This document shows positions 29,608-44,400 of a stretch of DNA of 57,448 bases, one piece after another (the stretch's first letter is position 1; each line of letters opens with the position of its first letter). The notes under the pieces are model-generated. The model was not told the DNA's origin. It searched no databases and saw nothing but the letters and a program-made list of their open reading frames with translations. Both the position numbers and the translations under genes were made by a program. The DNA lies in the IMG/VR virus record IMGVR_UViG_3300045440_000056, positions 1-57,448 of that record. One strand, written 5' to 3'. The DNA comes from a virus (Duplodnaviria; Caudoviricetes).

Positions 29608-32430
29608 ATGGCTTCATGGGCAGATAAAATCCCTACTTTCAATCCTTATGTGCAACAACTTCCTGTAGATGCTATGGTGAAGGTTGGTATGGCTAAACAA
29701 GCTCAATATGAGGAAGGGGTACAAAAAATACAAACAAGCATTGACAATGTTGCAGGACTAGATGTTGCCAATGAAGTAGATAAAAAATACTTACAATCTA
29801 AACTTAACTCATTAGGTAATAACTTAAAACTGGTGGCTGCTGGAGATTTTTCTAATTTCCAGTTAGTCAACTCTGTTTCTGGTATGGCTAAACAAATTAC
29901 CAAAGATCAGAATGTTATTAATGCTGTAGGTTCAACTGCTTGGTTGAGAAAACAACAAGGGATAATAGAGAAAGATACAACTGATGGTAAGTCTAATCCT
30001 GCTAATGTTGAACATTTTAACAAGCGTGCACAAGCTTATTTAAACTCTACTAAGCCAGGACAAAAGTTTAACGATAGTTATATAAATTATTTTGATGTAG
30101 ATAAGTTTACAAAAGAAACATTTGATGCAATTAAGCCTGATGGATTTTCTTATGATATGATATATCAATTAGATAAGAATGGTAAACCTATGGCAGATGC
30201 TAAAGGGAATCTTATCTATTCTCCTACAATGACTAGGATGGATAAAGAAGGAATTTTTCCACCAAAAGTTAAAGCAACCTTAGAGCAAATCTTTTCAGAT
30301 CCAAGAGTCAATCAACAATTAGATATTACAGGTCAATATAATTATAGAGGTTTAAATTCTGAACAACTCTCACAAAAAATTATAAAACAGAAACAGGTTA
30401 TAATGGGTGACTATGAAAATCAAATGAATGATCTCACTCTTCAGAAAAGTATGGGGAAAGATGTTCAAAAAGATATTGATAGCTTAACAACTAAAATGAC
30501 AAATGCTGCAGCTTCATATGATGAATATGCTGGTTTAGCTAATACAAATCCAGATGGTGTAAGAGGAGCTTTATATAAAGATGATGTCACTGCTAGGTAT
30601 ACAACCATGTATGGACAAATCAAAGATAAGTCACAAGTGATGGAAAATCCAGGATGGAATCAAAACTGGAAAATGCAAGTTGAAGCTAATGCACAATCTA
30701 GATTTGCACAAACATTGAATCAACAAAAGATTGCTCATGCTGATACAATGGCATTAGGTTGGGCTAATAATGCTCAAAGAGAAAGATTAGCCACTTTAGC
30801 AGCAAAAGGTAAGAAACAAACTTTAGGTGGAGCTGATAAAGGACTTGGTACAGGTCCTGGAGGAACACCAAGTGAACAAGCAGCTCAATCTGCTGCAATT
30901 GAAACAATGCGAGTACAAGCTACTGATTTTGAAAATGCAGCTAATGATTATTCTAATGCTTCAAATTCATTTATATGGGAAACTGTGTTTTCAAAAATTC
31001 CTAGTAATGGCACTAAGCTTAAAGGATTGATGGATAAAGGAATGAAACGTGATGCAGCTATTAATTTAATGATAAGCAATGGTGCTAAACAATCTGGTCA
31101 AACTTCAGAAGAATATAAATCGTATTGGTCAGATAGAGCATCTGTAGAATATAAAAAATTAACACCAGAGCAACAAAGTGCACGTCCAGTGATTGCAGAT
31201 ACATACCATGCATTTAGAAACTCTAAACGTATATTTGATAGTCAATTGGCAGCTAATGAAAAGATTCAAAAACAAACAAAAGCTGAACTTGGAGAAGTAG
31301 GTAAGAAACTTGCAATGACAAATGTTCAACCACAAACTATTACATATAAAGATAAAACCTATAAGTTAGATAAACAAGATATGCTTGATCTTGCTATCTA
31401 TAAAAAAGGTAATTTAGGATTTATGCAATCTATATTTGGTGGAGATGATGCTAGACTTCTTGAACAAGAATCAAAATTTGCTCTTGCTAGATTAGCTAAG
31501 AGAGGAAAAGCAGCTGTGGCAGAAGCTTATATTAAAGATAATGAAAATGTTAATGTAGATAAAAATGGTAAAGCAACTCGTATGACAGATACTGGAGTTT
31601 GGGGAGCTATAAAAGGACTTACAGATATTCCAACAAGACTTATGTATCAATCTGAAGGATGGGGAGGAACTACTAGAAATTGGAACCAAACTCATTCTGT
31701 AGAAGGTTTATTAAACAATGAAGTTTATTCAAAAGGTCTTCAAAGAAAAGCTGAAATTATACAACAGCATTATAATATTCATCCAAATAGAAACATTAAT
31801 ATAGTAACAGGAGATACTGAAACTGATAAAGGTACAATTGCACAACTTAAACGTTGGGCTGGTGAAGCTGTAACAGGAGCAGGAAACTTATCTCCAGGTT
31901 ATAAAGAATTTGGAAAAGATATTTCAGGAAAAATAGATGATCTCCATATAGGTGGCAGAACTATTTTTGATGAAGATAATAACCCTATGGTTGAAGTGGT
32001 AGTATATGATAAAGATAATAGTACAAGAAAATCAGGTCTTACGTTAACACCTGATCAAGCTGCTAATATTGGAATTGATCTTGGTACATTATATGAAAGT
32101 AAAGAAGCTTCTGCACTTAGAAATAAATTAAACTTTAACAACTATCAAACTTCTATATTAGATCCTTCACAAGTATCTACATATATTAAAGAAGATTCAT
32201 ACTATGATAGAACTGATTTCCCAGGAATGAAAGGTAATAAAACATTTGATGTCCAATCGCACATTGTATACAATAATGGAAAATACTATCCTTTTGTATA
32301 TGTATCAGATGGTAGTAGAAAAACTGTAAAACAATTAAATGGTGATGAAAATTTAGAAAACTTATTAACAAGTCTTAAAACTGTAGTTACACCAAATTTT
32401 GTACAAGGTTTAATAACAACACCAAACTAA
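29608..32430 (+). CDS. Cargo/ejected protein (helical)
   Basis: 940 aa, N-terminal FNPYVQQLPVDAM followed by a coiled coil. Lies between the first cargo genes and the vRNAP. Confidence 0.55.
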   Translation: MASWADKIPTFNPYVQQLPVDAMVKVGMAKQAQYEEGVQKIQTSIDNVAGLDVANEVDKKYLQSKLNSLGNNLKLVAAGDFSNFQLVNSVSGMAKQITKDQNVINAVGSTAWLRKQQGIIEKDTTDGKSNPANVEHFNKRAQAYLNSTKPGQKFNDSYINYFDVDKFTKETFDAIKPDGFSYDMIYQLDKNGKPMADAKGNLIYSPTMTRMDKEGIFPPKVKATLEQIFSDPRVNQQLDITGQYNYRGLNSEQLSQKIIKQKQVIMGDYENQMNDLTLQKSMGKDVQKDIDSLTTKMTNAAASYDEYAGLANTNPDGVRGALYKDDVTARYTTMYGQIKDKSQVMENPGWNQNWKMQVEANAQSRFAQTLNQQKIAHADTMALGWANNAQRERLATLAAKGKKQTLGGADKGLGTGPGGTPSEQAAQSAAIETMRVQATDFENAANDYSNASNSFIWETVFSKIPSNGTKLKGLMDKGMKRDAAINLMISNGAKQSGQTSEEYKSYWSDRASVEYKKLTPEQQSARPVIADTYHAFRNSKRIFDSQLAANEKIQKQTKAELGEVGKKLAMTNVQPQTITYKDKTYKLDKQDMLDLAIYKKGNLGFMQSIFGGDDARLLEQESKFALARLAKRGKAAVAEAYIKDNENVNVDKNGKATRMTDTGVWGAIKGLTDIPTRLMYQSEGWGGTTRNWNQTHSVEGLLNNEVYSKGLQRKAEIIQQHYNIHPNRNINIVTGDTETDKGTIAQLKRWAGEAVTGAGNLSPGYKEFGKDISGKIDDLHIGGRTIFDEDNNPMVEVVVYDKDNSTRKSGLTLTPDQAANIGIDLGTLYESKEASALRNKLNFNNYQTSILDPSQVSTYIKEDSYYDRTDFPGMKGNKTFDVQSHIVYNNGKYYPFVYVSDGSRKTVKQLNGDENLENLLTSLKTVVTPNFVQGLITTPN

Positions 32431-32449
32431 CAATACCAAATTAATAATT

Positions 32450-35400
32450 ATGCTTCAACCAGATAAAGAAAATTATATAAATAGAAAAGCTGTTTCTGTA
32501 GGTCTTCCTTCTACGCCAATTGTTCCTAATGTTGGATTTAGTAAAGGTGGTAGAAATAATAGTGAACCAGGTCAAAACATATCTGCTCTTGATATGTGGG
32601 ATCAAGCATTAGCTGCACCTAAAAAGTTAGGTGTAGCAGATATTCCTGTTTCATCTTTTTATACAGGTACTAGATACAAAGCAACTTTACCTGGAACAGA
32701 CTATGAAGAGATGGCTGCTAATGGTCAAACTCGTGCTGATAGATGGGCTAATGGTTCATTGAAAATGTTAGGTACTGCAGCTACATCTTTTATTTCTGGT
32801 ACTGTAGGACTTGTAGCTGGCATAGGTTCTGCAGTTAGAGATCAAAGACTTGCTTCTTTAATTGATAATCCTGTTACAAGAGAGATGGATAATGTAATGA
32901 AGTATATGGAAGACTATGCTCCTAACTATTATTCACGTCAAGAAAGAGATGCTAAGTGGTGGTCTCCAGATAATATTCTTACAGCAAACTTTTGGTCTGA
33001 CAAGGTATTAAAAAATCTCGGTTATTCTGTTGGAGCTATAGGGGGTGGAGTTGCTTGGGGAACTTTATTCAAATCAATTGGACTTACCAATAAATTAGTT
33101 CAAGCTGGTAGAGGAATGGAAGCTGCTACAGCTATTGAAGAATCAATGTCTGCTGTACCAAACATGCAAAAACTTAATGCATTTGAGAATGCTCTAAGTT
33201 CTCTTTCACAAAAATATATTAAATCTCCAGTATCATCTGTATTAAAAGATTCTGATAGAATTCTTACTTCTACTATGGGTACATTTGGTGAAGCTTCTAT
33301 GGAAGGTCTTCAAGGAATGAATAAGTATAGACAAGATGCAATAGATGAATATAGAAGTATACATGGTGTAGATCCTACAGGGGATATACTAGATAAAATT
33401 AACAAATCTGCAGATCAAGTTGGTATGTATATCTGGGGAGCTAATAGTCTTTTACTAACAGGTACAAACTATATTCAGTTACCAAAGATATTAGGAAGCT
33501 CTAGAAAAGTTGACAAAGCTTTAATTAATACTATTGAGAGAGATGTTGAGACTGGTTTGTTTAAACAAGCAGTTCCAGCTACTAGATTTGGAAGACTTGC
33601 TCAAAAAGTAAAAGGGGTGGGTCAAGTGTTGTTTGCTCCTTCAGAAGCTTTTGAAGAGGGTATGCAATCATCTATTCAAACAGGTGTAAATAATTATTTT
33701 CAACGTGCACGTCAGAGTAAACAAGATACTAGTGAGTTCCTAGGTACATTACATGGAGCTATGAGTAATATTTTTGGTGAAGGTATTCATGATACACTAA
33801 CTACTAAAGAAGGAATAGAAAGTATTCTTATTGGTGGTATATCAGGAGGAATTCAACAAGGTGGTATCATTGGTACATATAAAAACAAAGAAGGTCAAAC
33901 AAGAGTTGGTATTGGTAAGTCAGGAGTGATAGCTGAACAAGGATTATTTGGTGGTGGTGGAGAGAGACAAGCTAACACTGATATTGCTGTAGCTGCTCTT
34001 AATAAATCAAATATACAGAAACAACTTAAAGATGGAATTAAGTATTTAGGAATAGGAATAGGTTCTCAGAAACTGAGACAAGATGCTATTGCTAACAATG
34101 ATGTTCTTTCTGAAAAAGATTATGAAGCTGATTTTACACTTTCTTATTTAATGCCTAGAATTAAATATGGTAAAATTGATTCTGTAAAAGAAGAACTTGA
34201 TTTATATAAAAGTCAAGCAATGGATCCAAATGGATTTAGAGAATTAGTAAGAGGAGGAATTGCTAATGAAAATGAAACTAGTGAACAATTTATAACTAGA
34301 ATAACTAATCTACAGAACTTATCAAATGATGTAGAAACATTATATGGTAAAATAAATGATAAGTATGAGAATGAAGTGAATGATAAAGGGCAAATCAAAT
34401 ACACAGATGATGTAATTGATAAGCTTGTATATTCTGCAGCTAAGATTAAAGATTATGATGCACGTATCCCAGGAGTAAGTAATGCTCTTGCAGGAACAGG
34501 TATTGACACACAATCATTTTTAGATGCTTTATTTCAAAAAGAAGGATCTTCCACTGAGAACATCACTGCTGCATTAGCAACTATTGATGCTTTAGATATT
34601 ACTAATGATGAAAAGGAAGATCTTAGAAAGAGTTTATATGATCTTGCAGAACTTTCTTTGAGAAGAAAGGAAATGATTGATCAGTATAATGATATACTAG
34701 ATAAGCCAAGTAACTTTAAAGAACCTGAAGAACCTGACACTGTAAAAGAAGAAGAGGGTGTAGTTTCTGCAGAAACAATGGAAGAAGAAATCCTTGGGCA
34801 AGAAATTGTTGCAGAAGGTGTACCATTTGTTAAAGTGAAAACTAAAGATGGTCAAAGGAACTTAGAGATTGGTACTGAATATTTTGTTGGTAAGGGTGTA
34901 GATTATGAAAAAGAAGGACTTAACTCTCCTGTTCCTATTTCTAAACTTACTATTATAGGAGAGAATCCTGATGGAACAATTAAAATAAAAGCAGACAATG
35001 GTGACATCAGAGATATATCTAAGAGTATACTTGAGAATTATAAACTTGGAAAGGTATCATCTCTTAAAGCTAACAAGACAGCTAACTTCTTTTATAATCA
35101 TAGGAATGATCTTTATCAATATAACTTTGGTAAAAACTTTGGTGGAGTAAAACAAGGTAGACTTGAGTTACAAGATGGTAAATTATACTTTGTATATTTA
35201 AACCAAGATGGTAAGGTGGATAAGAAACAATTATTCAACTCACACTTTATTGCACAGGAAGGTTATGATACAGCTAGAATTACTAAAGTTGGTAATGTTA
35301 AATCAGAAACTGCAGAACAAAAAGTTTCTAGAGAAGAATTTACATCTCCAGAAGAAATAGAAAAACAAAAACAAACACTTGCTAAGAATAGAGAAGCAAG

Positions 35401-38400
35401 ATTAGAAATACTTTCTCAACTTGATAAAGAAACAACAGATCGATTAGAAGAAGTTAATAAAAAACTTTTATCTAAAGTTGATGAGTTAACAAAGATACAA
35501 GAAGACCTTGATGCTATCGCTAAGCTTAAAGAAGAAGGTGTTAAAGGACAAAAAATAAAAGGTAATTTTTCAAAGGTGCTATCTACTAGTGTGAGAACAT
35601 TAAATAGATACACTGCTATGAAAAACAATGTTGATCAAGAGATCAATAAACTTAAAGGTGAGAAAGAAGAACTTGAAATGAATATTTCATACTTCCAAGA
35701 TTTTGCTAATAACTTAGATGATCTTCCTGAAAATACAGGAGAATTTCTTAAAGAGTTAAGAGATCAAATTACTTGGTTAACTGATCTTGGAAAACAAACT
35801 GGGGAAACTCTTTCATCTTTAGAAAAATTAAGTAAACAAATTTCTGATGCAATTAAAGATGTAGCACGTCTTCTAAAGGACAGTTTAACTAAATTTGATA
35901 ATGTATACTCTGACTATATAATAGAGGCATTAGACAATCTTATTTCAACTGAAAATCCTTTATCCATATTACCTACACTTAAAGAAAATCTTGCAGACTA
36001 TGCTTTATCAAATGATCTAGCAAAAGATATTTCTATAAATGGTGATAAGCTAGAAGAAGTTACTAATCAAATAAAGGAAACAAAATTAAAACTTGATGAG
36101 CTTCGTAATGAATACAAAGCTAAAAAGATTATAGTTAATAGATTTCAAAAAATATTTGATGAATATAAAAAACAGAAAGCTGAAGAAGATAAGTTATTCA
36201 CTAGTGAGGCAGTAGTTAATAAAGCATTGTCTACAGAAGATAAAGGTATACAAGCTCGTGAGTTTAATACAGCGTACGAAGCAAATGCTAAAAAATCTAA
36301 TGAGATTCTTCCTAGAGCTACAGTTCCTGTAGAAGAAAATAAAGCTCATCAAATTAGAGCTAATAAGTTTGGTACAAAGCTAAACTCATTCCCTAATAGA
36401 AATGATATTCGTGGTGTATATATTACATCTAAGAATCAAAATCAATTGCTTCCAGGTGTAATAGAACGCATGTTAGATAATGATCCTACTCTTGTAACAA
36501 AATATAAGGACAGTGCTATTGTTATGGTGATGGTTAATTCTAAAGGACAGTTAGTTGGTGTAGATGGACAACCTATTGCAAAAGGAACTGAACTATTAGA
36601 CTCTGCTATATATCAAATATTTCCTGAGAATAAAATGAAAGATGGTTCTATGTTTAGAGAGAACACTTCTCAAAACATTAAAGATGCTATCATTTCTCAG
36701 TATGATGCTTGGAGAAAAAGTGTACTAGCTGAAACAAAGGTTGGTAAGAAACATGAGATAGAATCTTCTTTTGGTATTATAGATAATGTAAAAGATGCTG
36801 ATGGCAACACTGTATATAGTACAAGAACATCTGTTATACAATCAGGACTTGTTACTCCTGCTGAAATAGAACGTTCTCAATTAATATTCATTCCTACAAC
36901 AAATAATATTATATCTAAAGGAACTGTATCATATGATAGTCCATTAGGTATGGTGTTTCTTGAAACTCCTAATGGATATACAAAACTTCAAAATAGACAA
37001 CATACACAAGCTGATGCAAGTGCTATATTTGATTCTATGTTGCAGTTTGCTAAGAACATGGTTAATCCTGAAGAAGGAACAGATAGTGATAATTCAAAAC
37101 GTATATTAAGATTCTTACAAGGAGTTTCTTATTGGGGAGTTCCTAGAGATCAACAAGGTAACAGAAAAGAAAAAGATGGATATAGTAGTATATTCTTTGA
37201 GAAGAATGTTGATACAGGAAGACTAACTCTTATGATTGGTGGTAGAAATACAGAAATTCTATTCACACCATCTGCATTGAGATTAAATAAAGAAACTATT
37301 GTTTCTCAAATAGAAAAAATATACACTAATACAAACTCTGCTCTTGCTAAAGATTTGAATGAGAAGTTTGAACAAATCATTTCTATTTCTCCTGAAGGAG
37401 AGATTACATCTGAGGTGTGGGATAACTATCAATCATATTTATTATCAGATACTAAACCTAATGGTTCAAAAAGAAATGAATATGAAATTCCATTATCTAC
37501 AACAGCAAGACCTTTAATAAATGCTGATGATGTAAATAAGAAAGCAATCTATTTCTTCACTACAGATACAGCAGATAGTTTTGCTATCCCAGTTCCTCAA
37601 AAGGTTGCACCTAAAGTGTTAACACCTGCAGGAGCACCTAAAGCTGCTACACCAGCTGCTACATTTGAAGATGAAATGGAATTCACCTTTGGTGAAGAAG
37701 CTCCTATTTATAAATTAGATGGAACTACAAAAGATACATACACATCTCCTCAAGGTAAAAAGATATTCTTTACAGCTCCTGCTACAACAACAATTGATAA
37801 CTATGCTACATCTATAACAGTTCTTCAAGGTGGAGACCTTGCAGAAATAGTTAAAACTATTACGGATGCTGGCAAAGATTATAAAGATGTTATCAAGAAA
37901 ACAATATATAATGCAATTGCTCAAGACTTAACTAAACTAGCTGCTACTCAAGAAGAAGAATTTGAATTTACAATGCCTGAAGAGGTTATTGAAGAAGCTA
38001 CAAAAGAAGTTGGTAAGTCATTAGATCAAGATGTAATGGATGCTATCAATTCAGATATGAATGATGATGATGAAGCACTTCGTGTAAACATTGAATCAGA
38101 AATTGATAGATTTCAACCTGAGAACTGGAATGATGTAGAAAAATGGTTAAAAGCTAACTTCCCAAATCTTCCTGTATATAGAGTGAAGAATATCATTCAA
38201 GCTACTAATGGTAGACAAGCTTGGGGCATGTTAAAGAATGGTTCTATATACTTATATCAAAATGCTGAGGTGGGTACTGTATATCACGAAGTATTTGAAG
38301 CTGTATGGAAAATGTTTACTGATGTTGCTGAACAAGAATCTGTTCGTAAAGAATTCAACTCTCGTAAAGGAACATTCGTAGATAGACCTACAGGTAAAAC

Positions 38401-41400
38401 TATAAAATATTCTGAGGCTACACCTGAACAAGCTAAAGAACAATTAGCTGAAGAGTTCAGAGACTATATAATGACTGGTAAGATTCCTGCCAAACCTACT
38501 GATGGAAGACCTTTCATTGTTAAATTGTTTGCTGATCTTGCAACATTCATTAAAGAATTCTTCACTGGTAAGAATGCTGTTAGTAATACAGAAGAGTTAT
38601 TCAAGAAAATAGGCAATGGGTATTATAAAAATAATATGCCACATGCTAGACAATTATCTATGGCTAAATCAGGAATCATTGATGTAGAAGATGCATTTGC
38701 TGATTCTGAATCAGAGTTCAGGCTTACTAAGATTACAGATAAAGAAGGTTCTGATATTATTCAAAACATGACATATCTAACGCTTACTAATTTAACTAGT
38801 ACAGATAAAAGTCTTTTCACTCGTGATGCTATTTCTTCATCAGAGTTATATAATAATTTAAAGAAACAAACTTTACAAACTATAAATAAAAAGAATATTT
38901 CTGCTAACAAACTTTTAAAAGATGAAGATTATTTAAAAGATAATAAAGAAGAGAAAACAAAAATTCTTAATAGTGTAATTGCTAAGAATATTGAATTCAT
39001 GCAGAATGTTTCTGATGAATGGCCAGCTATTGTTGAAAGACATAAAGAATATCTTAAAGGATATCAAATAGAATTTGATGAGAATGATAATGTTGCAGTG
39101 AATGATGTTGAAAAAAGTAAAGATGAAGGATTTGGTAATGCTACTACAATAGATAGTTTCAAGAAAGCTAATCCAGCAATCAAACTTTTGCTATCAACTA
39201 TACCTGTAGTTAATCCTCGTGACAGTACTAAATTAAAACTATCTTCTATTGGAGGAGCTATATTAATTCCTACAAGCCAAACTTACATTAGTTTAATGAG
39301 TAATCTACACAAGTCTTCAAGTATTGAAGATATGTTAGAGAACTTGCGTGTAATGGCTGAGAATGATCCTAACTATAGAACATTATACAAACGTATAACT
39401 AAACGATCATATGATGAAGAAGGAGTTGAGCTAAGTAAAATTGAAACAACTCATGGACTTCAATTAATAAGTGCATTGTGGAAAACATTCAAGAAACAAA
39501 ATCCTGACGTTAAGAATGTATTCATTCTTGAGAATGGAGATGTTGTAGTTGGAGATGCTAGTTTATCTAATGCTGCTAATCAATTAAGAAATGAGTATAT
39601 AAATACAATTGTTACTTATGCTAAAGCTAATAAAGGATTCTTTACATATGTTGAAAAGAGAAAAGTCTTTATAGGTAATGAATCAAAAATTAGAGGAATT
39701 GTACTTGATAGTGTTACAGCACAATCTAATTTTCTTAAAGAACTAGGTATTCCATTTAGTACATCAGAAATACTAAAACTTAAAGGAGAACAATTAAAAA
39801 CATTCAATGAGGCTGTATCTGGTATTAGAAAAAGTATATCAGAAACTAAAGAGATTGCTACGTTCTCTGGTAAAGTGTTAAACATAAGTAATCGTCTATT
39901 AGAACTTGGACTTGTAAAAGCTACAATATCTAATCCTGAATTCAATAGTACATATTTTAATGTATCTGGTGAGCGCACACAATCATTTATTGGAACAAAT
40001 GCTGCATCTGATCTTTATAACTTTTTATCTACATTAGAAAAGAAATCAGATATAGCTGGTACAAAATATAGCTACTTACTAACTGATTCATTTGCTCAAG
40101 GATCTAATCTTATGGAAAGAATGTTTGGTTCAGATGGTGTTCGTAAACAAAAGACAGATGAATTATTTAAAATAGGATATGTTAGTGGTACAATCAATGA
40201 ATCAAATGGTAAACAAAAACCATCATCAAAACTTACATTCCCAGAACGTTTGACTCAAGAGTTAAACTTAAACTTATCAGGTTGGTATTTGAACTTAATT
40301 CCTGGTGATGCTTCTATTGAGTGGATGATTAATATGGGTAATCCTATTTCTACTACTTCTATATCTAGAGGTATGACTGATGTTAATAATGTATTCAAAG
40401 GATATTTCAAATCTGAATTAGCTCTATCTAGAGAAAAAAATCGTCCAGTAGCTGCTAATAGAAATGCAAAAGAGTTACGTTTCTTCAAATCTATTCTTGG
40501 TGAGGAGTTACATAATGAAATAATTGCTTCAAAAGAAGATGTTGATGCTGTGTATACATTGTTTGAAAACAAAATCAATGCAGCGTTATTACAATATATT
40601 AATAGTGAGGCTTCTAAATATCAAGCATATTTAAAAAGATTTGGTATTCTACAAGAAGGATTAATGGGAACATCATTGAAAAATGTTAACCTACCTAAGA
40701 ATATGTCTAAGCCTGAATTAACTAGACAACTTTATACTCTTACTGTTAATTTTATGATTAACAATATTGAGATGCATAAATTATTATATGCAGATCCTTA
40801 TCAATATGATGATGAATTGAAACGTATTAAAAGTTTCAACTCTCCACGTCAATCTATTATTAGTGATTCACCTAAAATGAATACTGCATTCAGTAATGTT
40901 TGGAACAAAGGATTCAAAAAAGGAGATATTGGATATACAACATTCACACAAGATTATTTCAAAACAGCTACACATGAAGATATTACAGGGATCATTGATC
41001 TTCCTGGATATGAAGACTATAAAGAAACTGATGGATCTGGTATAATTGGAATGAAATCATATCGTCAGTTTAGAATTAGAGCTGGTGAGTGGAATGAGAA
41101 TGAAGAGAAACAATTTAGATATGATGTAGCTTGGGAGAAAAGAGACAAGAGTCTTAAACTATCACCAGAAGAAGAAGCTTTGCTTGCACAAGTTAATCCT
41201 CAAGTGAAGAGTGCTTACACTCCTTTGAAACCAATTGTATCTGGTTCTAAATTAGATGCAAAGGGTCAACCAAAAAACATCAATGACATTGTATTAGATA
41301 AGTATGCACTATATCCATTATCATATCGTGTAATGAAAGAAATTAATGCAGAGTCTAATGCTGTTAAGTTGTATGATAAAATGCAGAATGAGAAAATAGA

Positions 41401-44400
41401 TTACATTGTATTTAAGTCTGCTAGAAAGGTAGGGGCTGAAGCACAACATTCTACATATGATAAACAAACAGGAGAGTTTAATAATTCTCCATACAAAGGA
41501 ATAATCAATGTACCATTCTCTATTATGAGTGTACAATCAGAGGTTCCTTCAAAAGATACTGCTATTGTAACTAGAGGATCTCAGGTAACTAAGTTACTTA
41601 CATTAGATTACTTAGCTGCTGGTGTTCCTATTGACTTCTTCCCTGGAGAAGATTTTGATAAAAGATATAAAGCTTGGAACAATCCTAAGTTTACAGACGA
41701 ACAAAAATTTGAAAAATCTCCAATCTTTAAAGAGGTTAAGAATAACCAAACACTTCTTAATAAAATAATGGAAGAAGGATTCAACAATCTTATCGATACA
41801 TTAGGTATTAAACTTGTGAATGGTGAATTTAAAATAGACTCATTAGATAAGGCTGTTAAAACTTTACGTGATGAGGTGTTGAAGAGAGAAGTTAACGATA
41901 ACATTAGTGATGCACTAACTGGGTTCTTGAATGGTAAATCAGTTCTTGAAGCTACACCTGCTGGTCAACAAATAAAAAACATTCTATATTCTATTGCAGA
42001 TAAAGAAGTTATTAGTCCTAAGATTTCTGGTGGTATGAAGGTACAGATTCCTTCTTCATTATTAGAGAGTGTAAGAGCAAAAGAAGAAGAAATAAATGGT
42101 AAGACAGGATTTACTTCTACTGTTCTTGATTTCTATAAGAATGAAGATGGTAAACGTGTATGTGAAATCATGGTGGGTAGATGGTTCAAATCAGATATGT
42201 CTGATGCAGATCTTCTTAAATACTTAAACACTACAGACGAAGGACAAAGTATATTATCTGGATTAGCATTCCGTATTCCTACACAGAAACAAAACTCTAT
42301 TGATAGTTTTGTTATTAAACAATTCTTACCAAAAGAATTCGGAGACTCAGTTGTTGTACCTGCTGCATTAGTTGCTAAGGTGGGATCGGATTTTGATATT
42401 GATAAATTATCAATCTATTTTAAAAATACATATCAAGATAAAGTTGGAAATACTAAACTTGTTCCTTTCTTAGGATATGGTAAAGAAGCTAAGGATAAAT
42501 TCTCACAACTATTTGATAAAGGAGAGTTCATTACTAAAGAACAATTAGCTGAGATTGAAAAGTTCATGTCTAAAGATGAAAGCTCTTTGACTAGAGAGCT
42601 AACTGATAAATTGATGTTTAGCATCTTTGGTGATCAATATGATGCTGAGAAATCTGCATTAGAAGATCAAAAAGATTTAACAGCAGAACGTCAGCAGTTC
42701 TTAGAAGACTATTTACGTGACACTACTATGGATAAGTTTAAATCTAAATTTATCAATAAGTTGTATAAACAATCTCTTGAGAATGCATATATACAATCTT
42801 CACAAAACTTAGTTTCTCATCCTGCTAACTTTGATAAACTTATAGCACCTAACTCTGCAGACCAATTAAAAAAACTTGGTAACTTTATTGCAGAGAAAAC
42901 AGTTGGTAAATCATTTGATTACAAAGATGTAGGAAACATGCTTGATAGAAGATTCATGACTAGACTTAGACATGCATTTGTTACAGGTAAATATGCTATT
43001 GGTATTGCTGCTGTAAATCAAACTAACCATTCTCTTAACCAAAGACAAGCTACTTATGTAGATGATACAAAACTTAAAATGTTAAGTAAAGAAGATAAGT
43101 TCTGGATAGGAGATGCTAAAATCAAATTCAATTCTAAATCATTTAATCAAATGACTATAGAAGGTAAAGGACTTGTTCCTTCACTATCTATGATTAAGAA
43201 TGCAGAAGGTCAGGATATATCAGATATACTTGGACAGTTCATTGATGGGTATGTGGATATATCTGCAGGTCCATGGATCATGGAGCTTGGTGCTACACCT
43301 AATGTAGCTTCTACATTCATGTTCTTGGTTAAGATAGGTGTACCTATTGACACAGTATCATATTTCATGAACCAACCTATCATATATGATTACTTAAACA
43401 ATATTGAGAATGCTGGTTATAGCTGGTTATTCATTGATGATTTTGTAGAAAATATTAAAGATAGTGACAAGTATAAGTTAACTGATGCTGATGATAAAGT
43501 GGGTAATATAGATGAAATTCCATCTAAAGCTATACTAAAAGAAAATGTAGGTAAGCAAACATTCAATGCAGCAGAAAAAGCTGATCAACATTTTATGCTT
43601 GATGAGTTCTTGAAATATGCTAAGATGGCTGAGCAAATGTTCTTAGTAACACAAGGAAGTAACTATGATACTGCTACACTTAATCATCCATTATTGATAT
43701 GGAAGAAAGATCAACAATTAGCTAAAGCACAGAACACTATTATTTCTTCTGTAGATGAATTACTATCTAACTCTCACATTGGAAGTATTAGAACTAAAGC
43801 TGGTGAGATTAGAAAAGTTCTATCACAATTTCTTCCAAGTGATCAATCTAAAGTGGCTAGTGTAATACAAAAAGTTTTAACTCCTTATATTAATATGGGT
43901 GATAGAGACTTTGTTAAGACAGCACAAAAAGTACAGAATGATCTTTTTGACTGGGCTATACAAACTAACGGACAGTTCAATAAAGACCTTAGAGCTGCAC
44001 TGATTGATGATGGTGGATATGCTAAAGATATTCTAGACTTTGTAAACAGTGTTAAAGAAGATATTAAGCATCCATTATATGATAATCACGTAATCAATAT
44101 TATTGAGAGTGATCCATCTAAGAAAGCAAGTGAGAATACACCTAATAATATCAAGGTGAAAGGTATTGATAATAAAGTGTATGATCAGAATAATATCATA
44201 TACGCATTTAGAGAAATAAGAGAATATCTAAACTCTCAGAATGAACTAACTGGTGAGAATAATCAATTGTACAATAATCTTGTAACACTTGCTGTATTAC
44301 AATCAGGACTTTCTAATTCACCTATATCATTTACATCTGTTCTTCCTTATGAAGACTTTGAAAAAATATATAACAAAACATTGTCCAAGTTAGAAACTAT